From Podarcis gaigeae (taxonomy: Eukaryota), in assembly GCA_964106915.2 (NCBI GenBank), contig OZ066918.1: a stretch of DNA of 64,000 nt; one strand, written 5' to 3'. Of the stretch, positions 24,680 through 38,055 are shown one piece after another. Below the pieces are notes generated by a model that saw only the letters and a list, made by a program, of their open reading frames with translations, did no database searches and was not told the origin of the DNA. A program made the translations under genes and the position numbers. Position 1 is the first letter of the stretch; each line of letters opens with the position of its first letter.

Positions 24680-27600
24680 GATAAGCAACACAGTCAATCT
24701 TTATTGAAAACTGAAGTATTAATACATAACAATTCCTGTTACATAAACGTGCTTTTAAGAATTTAACTCTGAGCTCATCTACTCATTGGATTGCATAAAA
24801 ATAAAAATGAATTTTACACAGTTGGCTCAGAATGAAATTGCCACTCCTATGTGTTGATGCAATAGTTCAATGCAGATATGATGCTTTAAACTGGTTCTGG
24901 AAGACAACATTGACCTAAACTTGGAAAAAGTACCAATACAACTGCTTTAAGACAGTCTTCTTTTTAAAAAAAAAGTTATAAAAAAGGAAACCTGTGTCTA
25001 TTTCATAACAAACACTATTACTGGGGCCTCTTGCACCTCTGTTGCATGCACTCCCCCTTTTCACCCCACAAGGGCAGCCAATAATAGCACTACAATAAAA
25101 TCCCACTAACAAATCCATTCTACTAAAAACAAGTCTGTACAGCAGCAAGCTAAATGAAACTTCCCCGGTTTGCTTGCTAAGTGCTCAAAAGTCACATCAG
25201 ATTGGAAAAAACCACACAGATCATGTCGGGAAATTAAGAGGTCAAACTATTTAGAATATTTTGATACACTAAGTTGGCTCCTGACACTGTGATACTCAAA
25301 ATGTATTCCAAGTCACATTAGAAAGGGTCAGATGCCCCCCTGCCTTCACTATCCTGAAAAGGCAGTTCAAGAATATTGATGGTTTGAAATATTAATGCAA
25401 AAACATGCTTATGTAGCTTTTCTCCCTTCCATTTCTATTGAAGACTTACAGCCTGACTAAAGAGATCCTTCACAGATGACTCAAGACACACATGCAGCTT
25501 CCTTGCCTGCACAACCTTCCTTCTCCACTTCAGAATGAAGGGGGTTTTACAGGCTGAAATAGTATCTATACAGCACCACTCAAGTTAGTAAGCAAGGGGC
25601 TTCGAAAAAGCTCCATGTGCAGACACCCATGGAGAAAACCCCCACAACCGAACTCTGGATTTGGGGCTTAGTATTTTACATGCACAGACAGAAATGGCAT
25701 TTGTACTATTTGATGTATTCTAGCAGAGTTACCCGATAGAAAATGCTATGGTGAGCCTTCACAACTATCAAGAAGTTAGTTAAAACCTCTATATGGATGC
25801 CGACTTCTTTCAGAAGCAGCCGCTAAATACCGTGTATTTACCTAACAGTGCCAACTCACCATTTTCATATAAGCAATTTAGATATTCTGCTTTGCGTAGA
25901 ACAGTGTCATCCAATTTCCCTGCATTTTAATAAAACAAATTAAGCTAGCTTTACAATACTGTGCTCAACCAAGAGGAACACTGCTCATTTGATACACATA
26001 GGAGAAAGATTTGCCTAATCAATTCAAAATTCTATACAGAAATTAAGATCTGTGAACATTGGCTGACATGGAATATCCCTATGCAAATACCGTTCCATAT
26101 AATTTAACCAGATTACAAGTGTTGCATTCTAAGTGGCTTTTCATTTACAGGAATTCAGCTGAAGTGAATCCCACCAAACAATATTTCCATTGTAGCATCA
26201 TGCTACCTTTCATGGTTACTTTATGAGCTTGTCAGAGTACTTGAATTTCTGTAGCCTTCAACAATATTTTAGTTACACATTTATAATCAGGGTTAATAAT
26301 TGAGGTTTAGTTTCCTGTCAGTAGTTAGTGCTAAACACCACTGACTAAATCTACCAATTCTTAGGCAAATGATGTTTCCATAGAATGTGACTATTTTTCT
26401 ATTTTGCTCTTCTTTAAAAAAGAGACACTTAGAACGCTGTGTTATCTACCTTGGGAACGTCTCCTAAATGATCCTTTGAACATTATTCAAAAACATAACT
26501 TTTGAAGTTTAAAAGCCCAGATCCTTTTGTTTTCTGTTATTGCTGTAATTTTTGATTACATTTAAGGCTGCGTTCATTTGAAAAAGCAGCTTGATTTGAG
26601 CCTTGTCTACACTGCATTAGCTCCCTTTATAACTTTCTGGGAAGCTCCAATGCAGCCACGTACTAAAAATTTGAGGTTTTACCCCACCCACCCATGCGCA
26701 CCCCCCGCCCAGGAATTCTAAAACAGGGAATGGAACAAACAGCAGAAGAAAGAATTCCACAACACCTCCTGCTGCCTATAACCCACTTGAAGTACAAACT
26801 TTCAGTTTCATATTCATGCTTTTTATTATTTGCAACAATATACCAAGCTATATACACCCCCCTCATCACTGTGCTTTTGGTTACTTCCCTATTGACTGTA
26901 ATGGAGGCATGGAACTGCCTCCCCAAAAATGCCCTCTCCCTCCCTCCCACCCACAGATTAGAATTTCTGGAAGGTGCAGTATTTTTTGCAAAAAGTACTA
27001 TTCCCCCCCCCTTGCAGATGAATCCCAAAACACAACTTAGAAAAAAGTGCTCGAGTGAGATCACCTAGAAAGCTGTTACTACTACTGTGTCCAAAAAAGC
27101 AAGAGGAAGCATTTGGAAATCTGAAGCTTGAGGAGAATAAATTATAACTTGTCCTTACCATTCACAAAGTGCTGCATTAGCTGAAGAGAGTTCAGAGCAT
27201 TTAAGAGACTGAAGGCAGCAGTGCTTCCATTTGTTTTCAACATGTCCCCAAGAAAGCCGTATTTTCAATGCTCTTATCTGTGGCAAGAAATATTTTGTTC
27301 TAAACTTGCTAAAATGGACATTTGCCCACACTGGATGATCACTAGGTCTGTGGAGCACTTTGAAAATAAGAATTACAGATCAATTTCACAAATGGAATGG
27401 CTAAGCAGACTCGTCCAAAGCAGTACAGACTCCAAATGGTAGGGGTAGGATTTTGCTGTTGTTGTTCTCTGCATATGGGACTTTCTAAACTGCAACAAGT
27501 GCTCAAGATTAAAATTTAAATATCTTAATTTTTTGTTGTGCTAAAGGCATTTGGATCAAGGGGGCCATCTACAATGTGCTCCTTGGAAAATTAACTTTAT

Positions 27601-29383
27601 AAAACCTTATGCTAAAACAAAAACATGAAGTGTGTCTATTATAAAATAAAGTTATCAAGGCCCTCACCTCTACAAGGATACGAGATGTGGAACCCTCCTG
27701 CCCCAGGACGGCAGTATTAAAATCAGCATGCATACTACACAGAAGTAGCTGCCAAATGCGATTTAAAAACTGATCATCCCAAAATAAAGTACAGGGATAC
27801 TCAATCTCACAATTAAAAAAAGAGAAGCTTTTTGAGTAGTCTACCAACACTATAACCTAACATACAAATACCAACTTTTAACGGAACATTTTATAACCAC
27901 TTACAGCACAATTTGTTGTACGCTGGAAATACTGGGAAAATAATGTCCTGTTACTGTTTACCTAAATGGTGCCAATTTAAAGAAAGCCCTTGATTGCATT
28001 TAGCACTGAAACTAAACTAAAAATAAAATCTCATAATAATTTTGGTACACAAGTGTACCACGGAATTGACTTAGGAACTTTTATAAAAACTTAAAAGTCA
28101 TAGGCAAGGAATTCAGGAGTCACTCGCTGCAATGAAACACTGCATCTGCTTTCTTAATTTACTGTCTTCTAAATGCAATTTAGGAAGCAATAAGGATATG
28201 ATAGGAGATTATGCCAAAATACTAATTAATGTCTTTGTACTTGATCACTTTCTAATTCAGCACTCATTTTTGGAACTCTTCCATCATGACAACTCCTACC
28301 ACACTTTGTTCATAATCTATGCTGCGAGGAAACCAAGCCAAGTAAAATATTTTCAAATGGCTTGTTTGCCTTTACCATATCTAACATGTAGTTGAATTCC
28401 TTCCTATTTACATTAGTACATTTTACAAAAGCAAACTGGTTGAAATTGAATTTTTTTTAGCTGACCAGGACTGGTAAGAAAAATTATCTTGGGGTGGGGA
28501 GGGGATTGGAACCAAAGGAAATCTGATTCTACCAGAAGTGCGGAAATTTCTTTTGGACATATCATTTAAAACTGTGATTTGATTTTTTTAAAGGAGGCAA
28601 GCCATTATGTAGATAGGTTTTCCACCTAATATTCTAATGAAGTATACCTTGATGATTTATAGACAAGCTGCTTTTGCCACTGATAACCACACTTCCTGCA
28701 AAATTTCATTCTTGTCCTTAAGAATGTTTATGCAACACTGAATCTAACCCCCTCCCACTGGAAGAAAAAAGGAAATGGAAAAAAGGTATGTTTGGTAAAC
28801 TGATTCTCTGCAAACTATGAACTAATTTTCCAGTCACTGAACTAGGAAAGGAAAATATCACTTAACAGTGCCCCCTTGAACTGGTGCCTTCATCAACTGA
28901 AAGTTGCTAATGTATATTATGTTTTTCTATGAAAAAAATCACTGTCACAATTCTACCTCTTAAGACCCTGCATACATTACAACAGTGCATTAGTGATACA
29001 AATTGTAAAATACTTTTCGGCTCCTTTGGATTTTGCATATGACATATTTTTTTTGCATCAGTCACAGCAGGTAGATAGCAAGCTTTGTGTGTTCTTAGAC
29101 ATGCATTCAACTAGATAAGATCAATAAATTTATACTCCCTTTAATCATTATAATGAGCTAAAAATTGCAAGACAGTCCACAAAACAGGATTTGCTTTAAG
29201 ACTAACTGCTGGAGTTCCAAGATGTAAGATATGCAGCACTGGGAAATCTTCAGTGATGTGGAATTAGTGTTTAGCAAAGGATTGCAAGCATTCAGAAGAA
29301 ATAAGTCCTGGTTGGAGGCATGAGGGCTTCAGCACCAACTTTTAAACCTCAGTTACTTGATTGCATATCTCCCATCTTCAAAC
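24680..29383 (-). other. FAM168B: FAM168B terminal exon, entirely 3'UTR (~4.7 kb)
   Basis: Acceptor ttctttgaatgtag|gtttgaagatggg on the minus strand at 29383; repeat-poor, AT-rich stretch ending near AATAAA at 24700-24705; 3' end approximate. Confidence 0.7.
24700..24705 (-). terminator. Putative FAM168B polyadenylation signal
   Basis: AATAAA on the minus strand followed by a GU/U-rich tract (tcttgtttttttttt) at the end of the repeat-poor UTR. Confidence 0.65.
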
Positions 29384-30382
29384 CTACATTCAAAGAAGGG
29401 TAAGAAGGCAACTAAGTAAATGTCTGACCTCATGTAACAAGATCCATGCAATGTCAAATATAGAAACAATGCAAATGTGGCACATAATAGTTACTTCTGC
29501 ACTCAGACTCGCCTTGTTCCATATACTCACCAAGAACTGGCAGATTCATAGCTTGTGCTCAACAGCAAGATAGCCCTATTCTTCTGTCTGCCTCCTCAAT
29601 CTAACCTAGCAGATTTCACTTTCAGAGCTCATCTATCCAACCTGTACTAGAAAGCCTAGAAACCCCATGACTCAAGACAGTCAGATTCTGCAAATGGATC
29701 AGAACATTCTAGCAGAGTAATCAGATCCTCAGTCAAAGAGATATATGTAATATGTTAAAACAAAAATCAACAGTAAATGCCCCGTTTCATGCAATTAACA
29801 GCTGCTCAAAGCTTGTTTTAGCTTCTTTTAACTCCTGACTATCTTAGTCAGGAAAATTGAATGAGGGAGACCCTTCCATCAGGGAACTCCATGTGCTGCT
29901 GGATCATATTAAGAGGCAGTGCAGCTGTTAGCTAAAGCTAACTCTCATCAGTACTCTCCACTGAAACCCACACAGTTCCGAATCCAAATGCCAAATTCAA
30001 AAATTTCTCTGCCAAGTATTCATCCAAGGAGCCCAAAGCACAAAAGCGACATAGGTATAGGTGGGTCTTTAACCAGGTAAATAAATCTTGCTTCATTTTA
30101 TTTTTAAATTTCTTTTCTACAGAGTGAAAAACTATACATGGATATAAGACACTCTTCAGAAAGCCAAAACACTGTGGTTGTAAAACATTCTTTCCCAGAA
30201 ACAAGCAATGTTTAAAAACATATAACCATGCCTGACATTTACAGGTGACACATACCAAAGCACCTACTATCAAAAAAGCACCTCAGAAAAAGTTATAACT
30301 TATCCTGTGACTTGTGCTAGATTTCTAGCAAAGACGTTGCTATGATTGTTACAACCATACCAGTACTTACACTGTGTGGTAA

Positions 30383-30495
30383 TCACCACTGTGGGGGCAC
30401 GTAGCTATAGGTTGGCGTTCCTGGGGCCCGATAGGTGGGCATTGTAACTGGGTGTGGGGCTACAGGAGTTGGGGAATGCGTTGTCAACAAGGTAC
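30383..30495 (-). CDS. FAM168B: FAM168B last coding exon
   Basis: ctcag| (G)[36 protein letters not shown]; exon continues 12 nt to a gtaagt donor after 30371. Confidence 0.95.
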
Positions 30496-30884
30496 CTGAG
30501 GAGCAAAGAATATTTTCATAATAATGTTGCTTTAATTTAGAAGTCAACATATCGATAAAAACTTACATAGGATTTAAAAGGAACATCGTTTTGCAAGCTT
30601 GTGGCCATGTGTCCCTTTTGCTCTCCCCCCCCCCCCCCAATTTTGTAGCAAGAAAAGGAGAGAAAGTTACACACCGAGAGGCAGGTATATCATCCTAGTT
30701 TGGGGCCGAGACAGCGTGTCTCATGATGCTACTTCATGTGTTACATGGAACAGGAAAGGTTTTTAGGAGTTCGACTCTCCCACTTCCTGCCCCAAGTACA
30801 TCTACATCCTCTGAGCAGCTCTTCAGCTTGCAGTATTTCCCCACTGTATAAAAATGCTTCATATAAAATTTATCAGTAGAATTG

Positions 30885-31262
30885 GGTGACATGGTTCATA
30901 AATCAAACCAAGCCAAATCATGGCTCTGAAGGAACACATGACTGTGTGAGATTTGAGAGAGGGGATCAAAGTCACTTTGTGCCTCCCCATTGCTCTGCTG
31001 GCTGTGACCATGGTTTGGTTTAGCATGTTGTCTAAACCTGGGATCATGGCTTAGCTCTCCTGGACAGACCTTAAGCTGTGTAAACCATAGGGCAAACAGC
31101 TTGTGGTTAGTCTGTGGAAAGCTAAACCATGACCCCTGCTTCACAGAACACACTAAATCAAGCCAGGACTCAGGGCAGTGCAGCAGCAGAATAACCAAGG
31201 AAGAGTAAAGAGGCCACAATCTTTGCCCCTGGAAGCCCACACTAAGCAATGTGTGAACCAGG
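30885..31262. mobile_element. Degenerate palindromic MITE (aaaccatggttt-type)
   Basis: ggttca...tgaacc ends; internal ccatggtttggtttagcatgttgtctaaacc / gctaaaccatg inversions; related pieces near 38970-39130 and 52735-52960. Confidence 0.5.
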
Positions 31263-31577
31263 CCAAAGTCTCAAGTTAAAATCCAACCACCACTCAAGTG
31301 TATGGGCAGCAGATTTCAGACAAATCAGAGTAGTTAATGCACATTAACTTGTGAAACTCATGTGCTACAGGATGATCTGACTTCTAGTCCTAAATGGCAC
31401 TTTTTTGAAATATTGTTATCAGTCATGGTAGCCAAGAAAGTACAGATATACAATATCCACTTATCACAAGTTGCACGAGAATTTACATGCATTATCAAAC
31501 TGGCCACACTGATTGCTATCAAGTGAGACTAAATACTGACCCTGGCCCAGAATGTAGTATAACAAAAATCTATTTAC

Positions 31578-31755
31578 CTGCTGACATTGCCATTGTGGTC
31601 CCAGCCACCATTCCCATAGTGACACCATTTCCTCTGGGGGGCGGAATTGGTGCTGGGTACATAGTTGCTGGCATTCCATTGGGTTGCACAACTGTAGTGT
31701 GATGAATTACGTGGGGTGGTGCTGCATATAAAGGCTGTGTGTAATAAGTGCCTTG
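31578..31755 (-). CDS. FAM168B: FAM168B coding exon
   Basis: aacag| [59 protein letters not shown] |gtaaa; 178 nt. Confidence 0.95.
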
Positions 31756-33192
31756 CTGTTGGGGAAAAATAGTTGGTTTAGTAAAATCCTTGCCACCACT
31801 GCATGCATCCTAAAAGGGCACACAAAACCATTTCAGGAAAAATACAATTAAGTTCAGACCACAGATATAATTTGGAGTGGTGGGGTGTGTGAGAGAGATC
31901 AAAGGCAGAAAATTACATCTCTTTCCTCCTCTGACATTACGACTCAGGTGGGAGTTGGACCCCTGAAAAAGCAAACAAACCCACAACACTTGCCTTGTTA
32001 ATCTCTAATTGAACTGTCACTATTCTCACACCTGAAGTCTCACATTTTGTTTCCAAAAAGCAAGATCGCCTTTGTACTGAGATCCTGTAATTTTATCAGC
32101 TTAAATCTTTGGGATAGTTTAATAAAGCAGGGTTATCTTTCTTTTTTGCTTCACCCTGCATGCCACAAGACAGTAATTCAGAATCCAGACATTTATGTCT
32201 ATTGTTTGTATTTGCAACTATTTCTCTTAAGAGAAAACAAGCATTTTAAAGATGGAGTTCATTCACAAGCCTGTTTCTATGCATGTTTATTTTTGTCTGA
32301 AGTTTGTCTCTGACATCTGTTAGGAAAGGGTGCACAGGAAGGTAGCTTTAGGTATATATTTATATGTGAATCTGGTCAAGTACAACACCCACAATTGGGG
32401 ACTTGCATAAAGCTAAAAGATTCTTTGCACACAGAAATCTAGACACCCAGGGGAAGGATTATATATAGCTTTTTACATCTGTGTTTTATATCCATGGAGT
32501 CTTAATGTGTGCAATGTTCCTACTTGCCATCTGAGTGGCAAAGCTCAGTTGCAGGTTTACACCTCAGTTATTTGTAGGCAGAGATTTTGAGGAAAGGTGA
32601 AAATTGAATCTAGAGGAGAGGGTGGAAGGCACAGAAAAAACCTTTTCAGCTGATGCAAGTAATTTTATCCATCTTGATACTTATTTTTAGGCCCCATTTT
32701 AAAAAGAGCTCATTTAATATTTATATAAATGCAAATCTTTCTTCCATGGTACTCGAGACAACATACTTATGGTTCTCAAGCAGTTTCTCACTCAGGCACC
32801 GGTCAGACCCTGGTCTCCTTAGGTGCAGCAAGTTTACTGTTTCATGTGCCTTCTTTCAGATCATTCAACTGAACCTTTTTTAAAGAATTGATTTATAAAA
32901 TTTCCATGCTGATACTGGGATATGTGGCCTACATTACTGTGCCCTTGCCACACAGCAGCCATATTTACCAAAACAATAACATCACCACATATTTCCAAGA
33001 ATGATAATGCTCAGAAAAATCAGATATTCCCACAAGTACAGTAACCTAACAGAGTAATGTAAAGCAAGAGCAACCGAAGTCAAAACTTTCTGCATAACAC
33101 ACTGATCCTACAGAAAATACTAACAGAGTAGAGAAGGATAGCATTCTGGGCTGTTACAGAATTAATGCAAACAGTAAATCTATATTTTTTAC

Positions 33193-33335
33193 CTGTGCAT
33201 ATGGATTCTGCTGTGGATAGGCACTTCGAACCGGATACACTGCAGTCTGATAGGGGTTGGGTGATGAAGAATAGGGAGGCACTGCACCACTGGTAGGTGA
33301 ACAGGAGACTTTATATGGTGTGCCTGGTGTATAAC
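33193..33335 (-). CDS. FAM168B: FAM168B coding exon
   Basis: tatag| (G)[47 protein letters not shown] |gtaaa; 143 nt. Confidence 0.95.
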
Positions 33336-34629
33336 CTATAAACAGAAAAAAACAAATTTAATTTTTTTTGCTGAGCGTTAATCAGATTTATTTAAGACAC
33401 CTGGGCACAAATGTGAGCCTTCCATTAAGCCGTTTGAATGCACATACATGCTTTCATAATTTCTAACAATCAAGCAGATTAATAAACCACAACAATTAGT
33501 AACATCCATTAAATTTTCTAGTGAAATAGAATCTGCTACCACACACAATTCAATAATCAAAAACAACAACAACAGAATATCGAAGAGTAGTACAGGTATT
33601 AAGGTTGGTCAATATAGTACTTGGGTTTTAGGTAAAGCACAACAGTTAGGTAAAGTTAGGTAAAGCACAACAGAAATGTTGTACTTTATTTACCAGATAT
33701 AGATATAGGGAAAACAAACAACACTCATCTTGTAATAATCTCTTACAATAACTTTCTTTAGATCTTGGAATACAAATACACACAGAGCGAAAAACAATAA
33801 TCCTGGATCCAGAACAGATCTGAACCTGGTTGCTAAAACCCCCAGGGGGTGGGGGCAAGGGGTTCAAGAGGATGGTGCCTAATTCTAAAATTGGGTAGGA
33901 TGTGGAGCTGGACGGACAAGGCACAATTATTAAAAAATGGAGGGATGCCCTGCACAGTGAGGGGACCTTGGTTCAAACAACCCTTGACCACCTTTTGCTC
34001 CAACAATCAAGAAAAATAATGGCTATACAGTGCACCTTCCTTCTCCACCCCACCCTCAGCAACAACAATCAGGAATACTGTGCACTGGTAAACAGTCCAT
34101 TACCCAATAGGTTGTAGCAGTATCCCCACATGCAGGGAATACCAAGGAAAGAATACACAGTGTCACCAGGAAGCCCCCGTTGTGCAAACCCCAGTAAACT
34201 CTGTGATGCACGCAGAAGGGAACATGGAGTACATGTTGGCGAATACCCAACACTCCTCTCCATCTTACTGCCAAAAACTTATGACTCATTTATCTTCACA
34301 GGATAAGAGCAAAAGACAAAAAGCAGAACAAACAAAATGCAGATAGTGTTCCATTGCAACTCCCTACATTGGATGATAAGGTTTAGTCTTAACTTCCTCA
34401 GTATGTGAATAACCAATTGCAAGTGCCAAGGAGACTACCCACGTGAGAGTGGGAACTAGGCTGAAGAACATCAACTGGAAGAGTATACAGGAGGCAGAAC
34501 CCTCTCTTGCACGTTCACCCTCTAATGAGCACCAAGTCACAGAACCCTACTGCGGGCAATACCTAATATTTACCATCCCCATGTCTCTCAACAGGGCACC
34601 AGGTTGCCTTCGACATACAGAGGGAAGAA

Positions 34630-34720
34630 ATCATAGAATCGAAGGGACCCCAAGGGCCATCTAGTCCAACCCCCTGCAATGCAGGAAACTCAACTAAAGC
34701 AACCATGACAGATGGCCATT
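34630..34720 (-). mobile_element. CR1 3' end fragment
   Basis: atcatagaatcgaagggaccccaagggccatctagtccaacccc. Confidence 0.75.
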
Positions 34721-35060
34721 TAACATCATATTCCAACCCGTAGTGTCATGCCTCCCAGAATCAAGGCCTATAATGGGAAATGGGAGTGGTGGAATTATCT
34801 GTGAGAGTTAATTAGGACATCAGTTCCTTTCCAGAGTACATGACAGACAAATGCCATGGATGCAACAGTACCTAGCATGGAGCTGGGGAAAGATGAACCT
34901 GCTACCTCTGTCTGTCACACTCCTTTCTCAAACATAGCAACAACAAAAAGTTTGGCTACTCAGTTTCTTTGTTTCAGAAATCCTCTGCAGATGCCAAACA
35001 AATATCACTATTCCCACCCAATGCTTTATATGGTTGACTTTGACATGTCTGCATACATAC

Positions 35061-35144
35061 CTGTTTGGAATGTAGGATTTGCTGCAGGGTACATATTTGG
35101 AGAATAGGCAGGAGCAGCAGCTGCATAGCCCATTGGGAATCCAG
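35061..35144 (-). CDS. FAM168B: FAM168B coding exon
   Basis: cttag| (A)GFPMGYAAAAPAYSPNMYPAANPTFQT |gtatg; 84 nt. Confidence 0.95.
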
Positions 35145-35567
35145 CTAAGAGAAAACAGTTGAAAATTACTTTTAGAAATACCTTCAATGATCTACTTGTA
35201 TTGTTTTCCAAGCTTACAACTAATTAAAATAAGGTGAACATGACTTTTTTCAATTGTATCTCTGTAATGTAATCAAGCCCATGATTAATATTGTGAGGCT
35301 TCAGGCTATAAACCAGGGGCATCCAATGTCGTGCCCTCCAGATGCTGTTAGGCTCTAAACCCCTCCAGCCCTTGCCAGCTGTAAGGCTACAGGACATGTC
35401 TAATCATGGCCATCTAACCCCTATGCTTCCAGGCCAACTGCACAAAGATAAAAAACTGCTTCAGTCAGCCAAAAAGAGGTTGAAATTATACAGTGCAATG
35501 TAGCCACTTTTCTGAGGAGATCTTCATAGGATAGGCATGAACAATAAACCAAATGTATTATATAGTA

Positions 35568-35827
35568 CAGGGGTCAGCAACCTTTTTCAGCCATGGGCCA
35601 GTCCACCATCCCTCAAACCATGTGGTGGTCCAGACTTAATTATTATTTTTTTTGGGGGGGGAAATGAACAAATTCCTGTGCCCCACAAATAACCCAGATA
35701 TGCATTTTAAATAAAAGCACACATTCTACTCATGTAAAAACATGCTGGTTCCCGGACTGTCCGCAGGCCGTATTTAGAAGGCGATTGGGCCACATCCGGC
35801 CCCCGGGCCTTAGGTTGCCTACCCCTG
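35568..35827. mobile_element. Non-autonomous hAT (Charlie-like) element, 260 bp
   Basis: TIR CAGGGGTCAGCAACCT / AGGTTGCCTACCCCTG; 8-bp TSD ATATAGTA / ATATGGTA (one mismatch). Confidence 0.85.
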
Positions 35828-36727
35828 ATATGGTACATTGCCACATATGAAATGGCTATGGATCTATTTCATTGTGTTTGTTGCCCATGCATCAGGAAGT
35901 TGTGATCAGGTGTGGATGCCAGCCAGATGCATAGGCTTCAGAATGGCAGGTGTCTATCCTTAATCTATACTATGCAAAGCCACTCCAACTCTCTAGAATT
36001 ATTTTTTTTAAAAAAATAACCTCTGCACAGTTATATGCTACTACTTGTGCATTCTGCTAATTCCAAAGTCCAATTAACTGTATTTTAGATGCTGGAGGAT
36101 GAGGACTGTAAAGCACTCCCATCCACATAATACACAGTAAATAGTAAATGCTAAGACCTTCAATATTACTACCACCCAGTATAGCACTTTTCCTATGTAT
36201 TCAGAGAACTGTTTTTAAGATTACAAAGTAGAACTGATACTAGGGACTCTTGTGGTTTGTACGAGCCTATGTGTGTAAGCGAGAAATTCAGCAGCAGGTC
36301 CTTAAACCCTGCTGCTGGGTGGGGGAGTCTTTTGCTTTATGACTCATTTTTGTAGACAAACCTTTAACTGATGTATGCTCTCTGTTTTGTAGTTTCATAT
36401 TTAATATGAGTCACTTCAGGAATTCTTTGTGGAAAGCAAAACACAGGTAAATAAAAAAAATAAAAAGCTCTAAATAATATTAAAGTCACCTCTAATATTC
36501 TCACTCTCAACTACTTTTTACAACAGGGAGATATTTTAATGAGTTATAACATAATAATTTATAATAGCATTCAAATGTATATTTTCAATGGTATGGACAG
36601 CCTCAAATGAGACAACAGCAACAGCAGACTATTTTGGCTAACTAAGCACTTCTACACGGAGAAACAAAGGGTGAAAAGCACAATGCTTTAAAGACACGCA
36701 CTGGCAGAAAACGATGTTAGGGACACA

Positions 36728-36897
36728 CAGGAAGCTACCGGGCCAGACCAGTGGCCCAACTAGCTCAGTAATGTCAACACTGACCTAGCAGCAATTCTGC
36801 AGGGTTTCAGGCAGGGAATCTTTCCCAGCTCTACCAGGATCAATCCTAGGACCATATGAATAGAAAGCAAATGCTCTGCCACTGAGCTATGGCCCTT
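36728..36897 (-). mobile_element. Old tRNA-derived SINE
   Basis: Minus strand gggccatagctcagtggcagagcatttgctt A-box head; related copies at ~44393-44480 (-) and ~48975-49130 (+). Confidence 0.65.
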
Positions 36898-37060
36898 CCT
36901 GTGTTCTCTTATCTGCAGTTAGTTACAGGACAAAGGTTAAGCCTGCATCCAAAGCATTTTTCTATTTGTATGTATTCTTTTCAAAATAAAAAGCAAGTTC
37001 AAAACTGGCCGGGTTCAGACATCATGAAAAACCAAATTGTGGCCTTAGCCTGAATGCTAA

Positions 37061-37200
37061 TCCCCACAACAACCCTGTGAGGTAGGTTAAGAGGCTGTGA
37101 CTGGCCCAAGGTCATCCAGTGAGCTTCATGACTAAGTGGGGATTTGAACCCTGATCTCTTAGGTCCTAGCCCAAGATTCTAACCACTGCACCACACTGGC
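37061..37200 (-). mobile_element. tRNA-derived SINE (MIR/Squam3-like)
   Basis: Minus strand gccagtgtggtgcagtggttaga...gggttcaaatcccc...tgaccttgggccagtca...cctacctcacagggttgttgtg. Confidence 0.75.
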
Positions 37201-37985
37201 TTCCTAGAGTACTTCTGCTATGGAACAGCTATATAAATCAAGTAGGTAAAGAAAAATTGCAAAAGCAAAATGTCACTTGGAGAAAGATTTGAAGTATTTC
37301 CCTTGGAGCTTAAACTTGTTTTATTCTGTATTGCTTTATGTGATGTTTCAATGTGTTGTAAACCGCTTTGAGATTTTTTTTCTTTAAAATATGAATGGTA
37401 TAAAAGTGAAATTAATTATAATAATAATAATCAAACTGCATGAAACAGTAAGTTGTTTATATGCTGCCATTTAAGAAAGGTTAGTTTAAGCTAAAACAGT
37501 TAGAAACCAGCAATTTAAACTAATGTTCAAATCACCTGCAGCTTTCAGAAATGCAGGTAGGAAAAAGTGTCTCCTCCAACCCAAACACTATACATAGTCC
37601 TTCCCATTCCTTGTGGCCTCAAAAGGGCAGAAACTATCAGCACAGCTCTCTGCCTAAACATAGATTTACACTGCAGGCATTGTACATTCCCTTGACCTTC
37701 TGGATTCTGGTAGTCTAAGAGCAATCCTCTGTTTGTGGCTGCCCTTACAGCCAAATAAAATGCCTCTGTGGTTCTGACATGACATGACAACACTCGGTCC
37801 ACTTTTCTCTCTGGAGCTATTTGTGCAGTCCACAGGCAATATGTGAAGTTTGTCACTCAGGTACTTACTTGGGAGTAACTGCTACTGCTCTACACCAATG
37901 CATCCTGAAGTTAGGTTTACTACAATGTCCAGTTTGATTAATAGACAGCACCCAGGTAATACATTTAAGAGATTCAGTTACATAC

Positions 37986-38055
37986 CTGGATAACCAATTC
38001 CTTTGGCATTTGCATAGGGAACCCCAGATGATCCAGGACTATAAACAGGATTCAT
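37986..38055 (-). CDS. FAM168B: FAM168B first coding exon (myelin-associated neurite-outgrowth inhibitor, MANI)
   Basis: ATG at 38055-38053; MNPVYSPGSSGVPYANAKGIGYP |gtatg; exon acceptor at 38066; total CDS 588 nt = 195 aa. Confidence 0.95.

Noticed and set aside
24680-29383. miRNA seed matches in the FAM168B 3'UTR (e.g. miR-137 8mer at 26537-26544, miR-17-type near 27166)
   Set aside because: A few matches are expected by chance in 4.7 kb; conservation data are needed.
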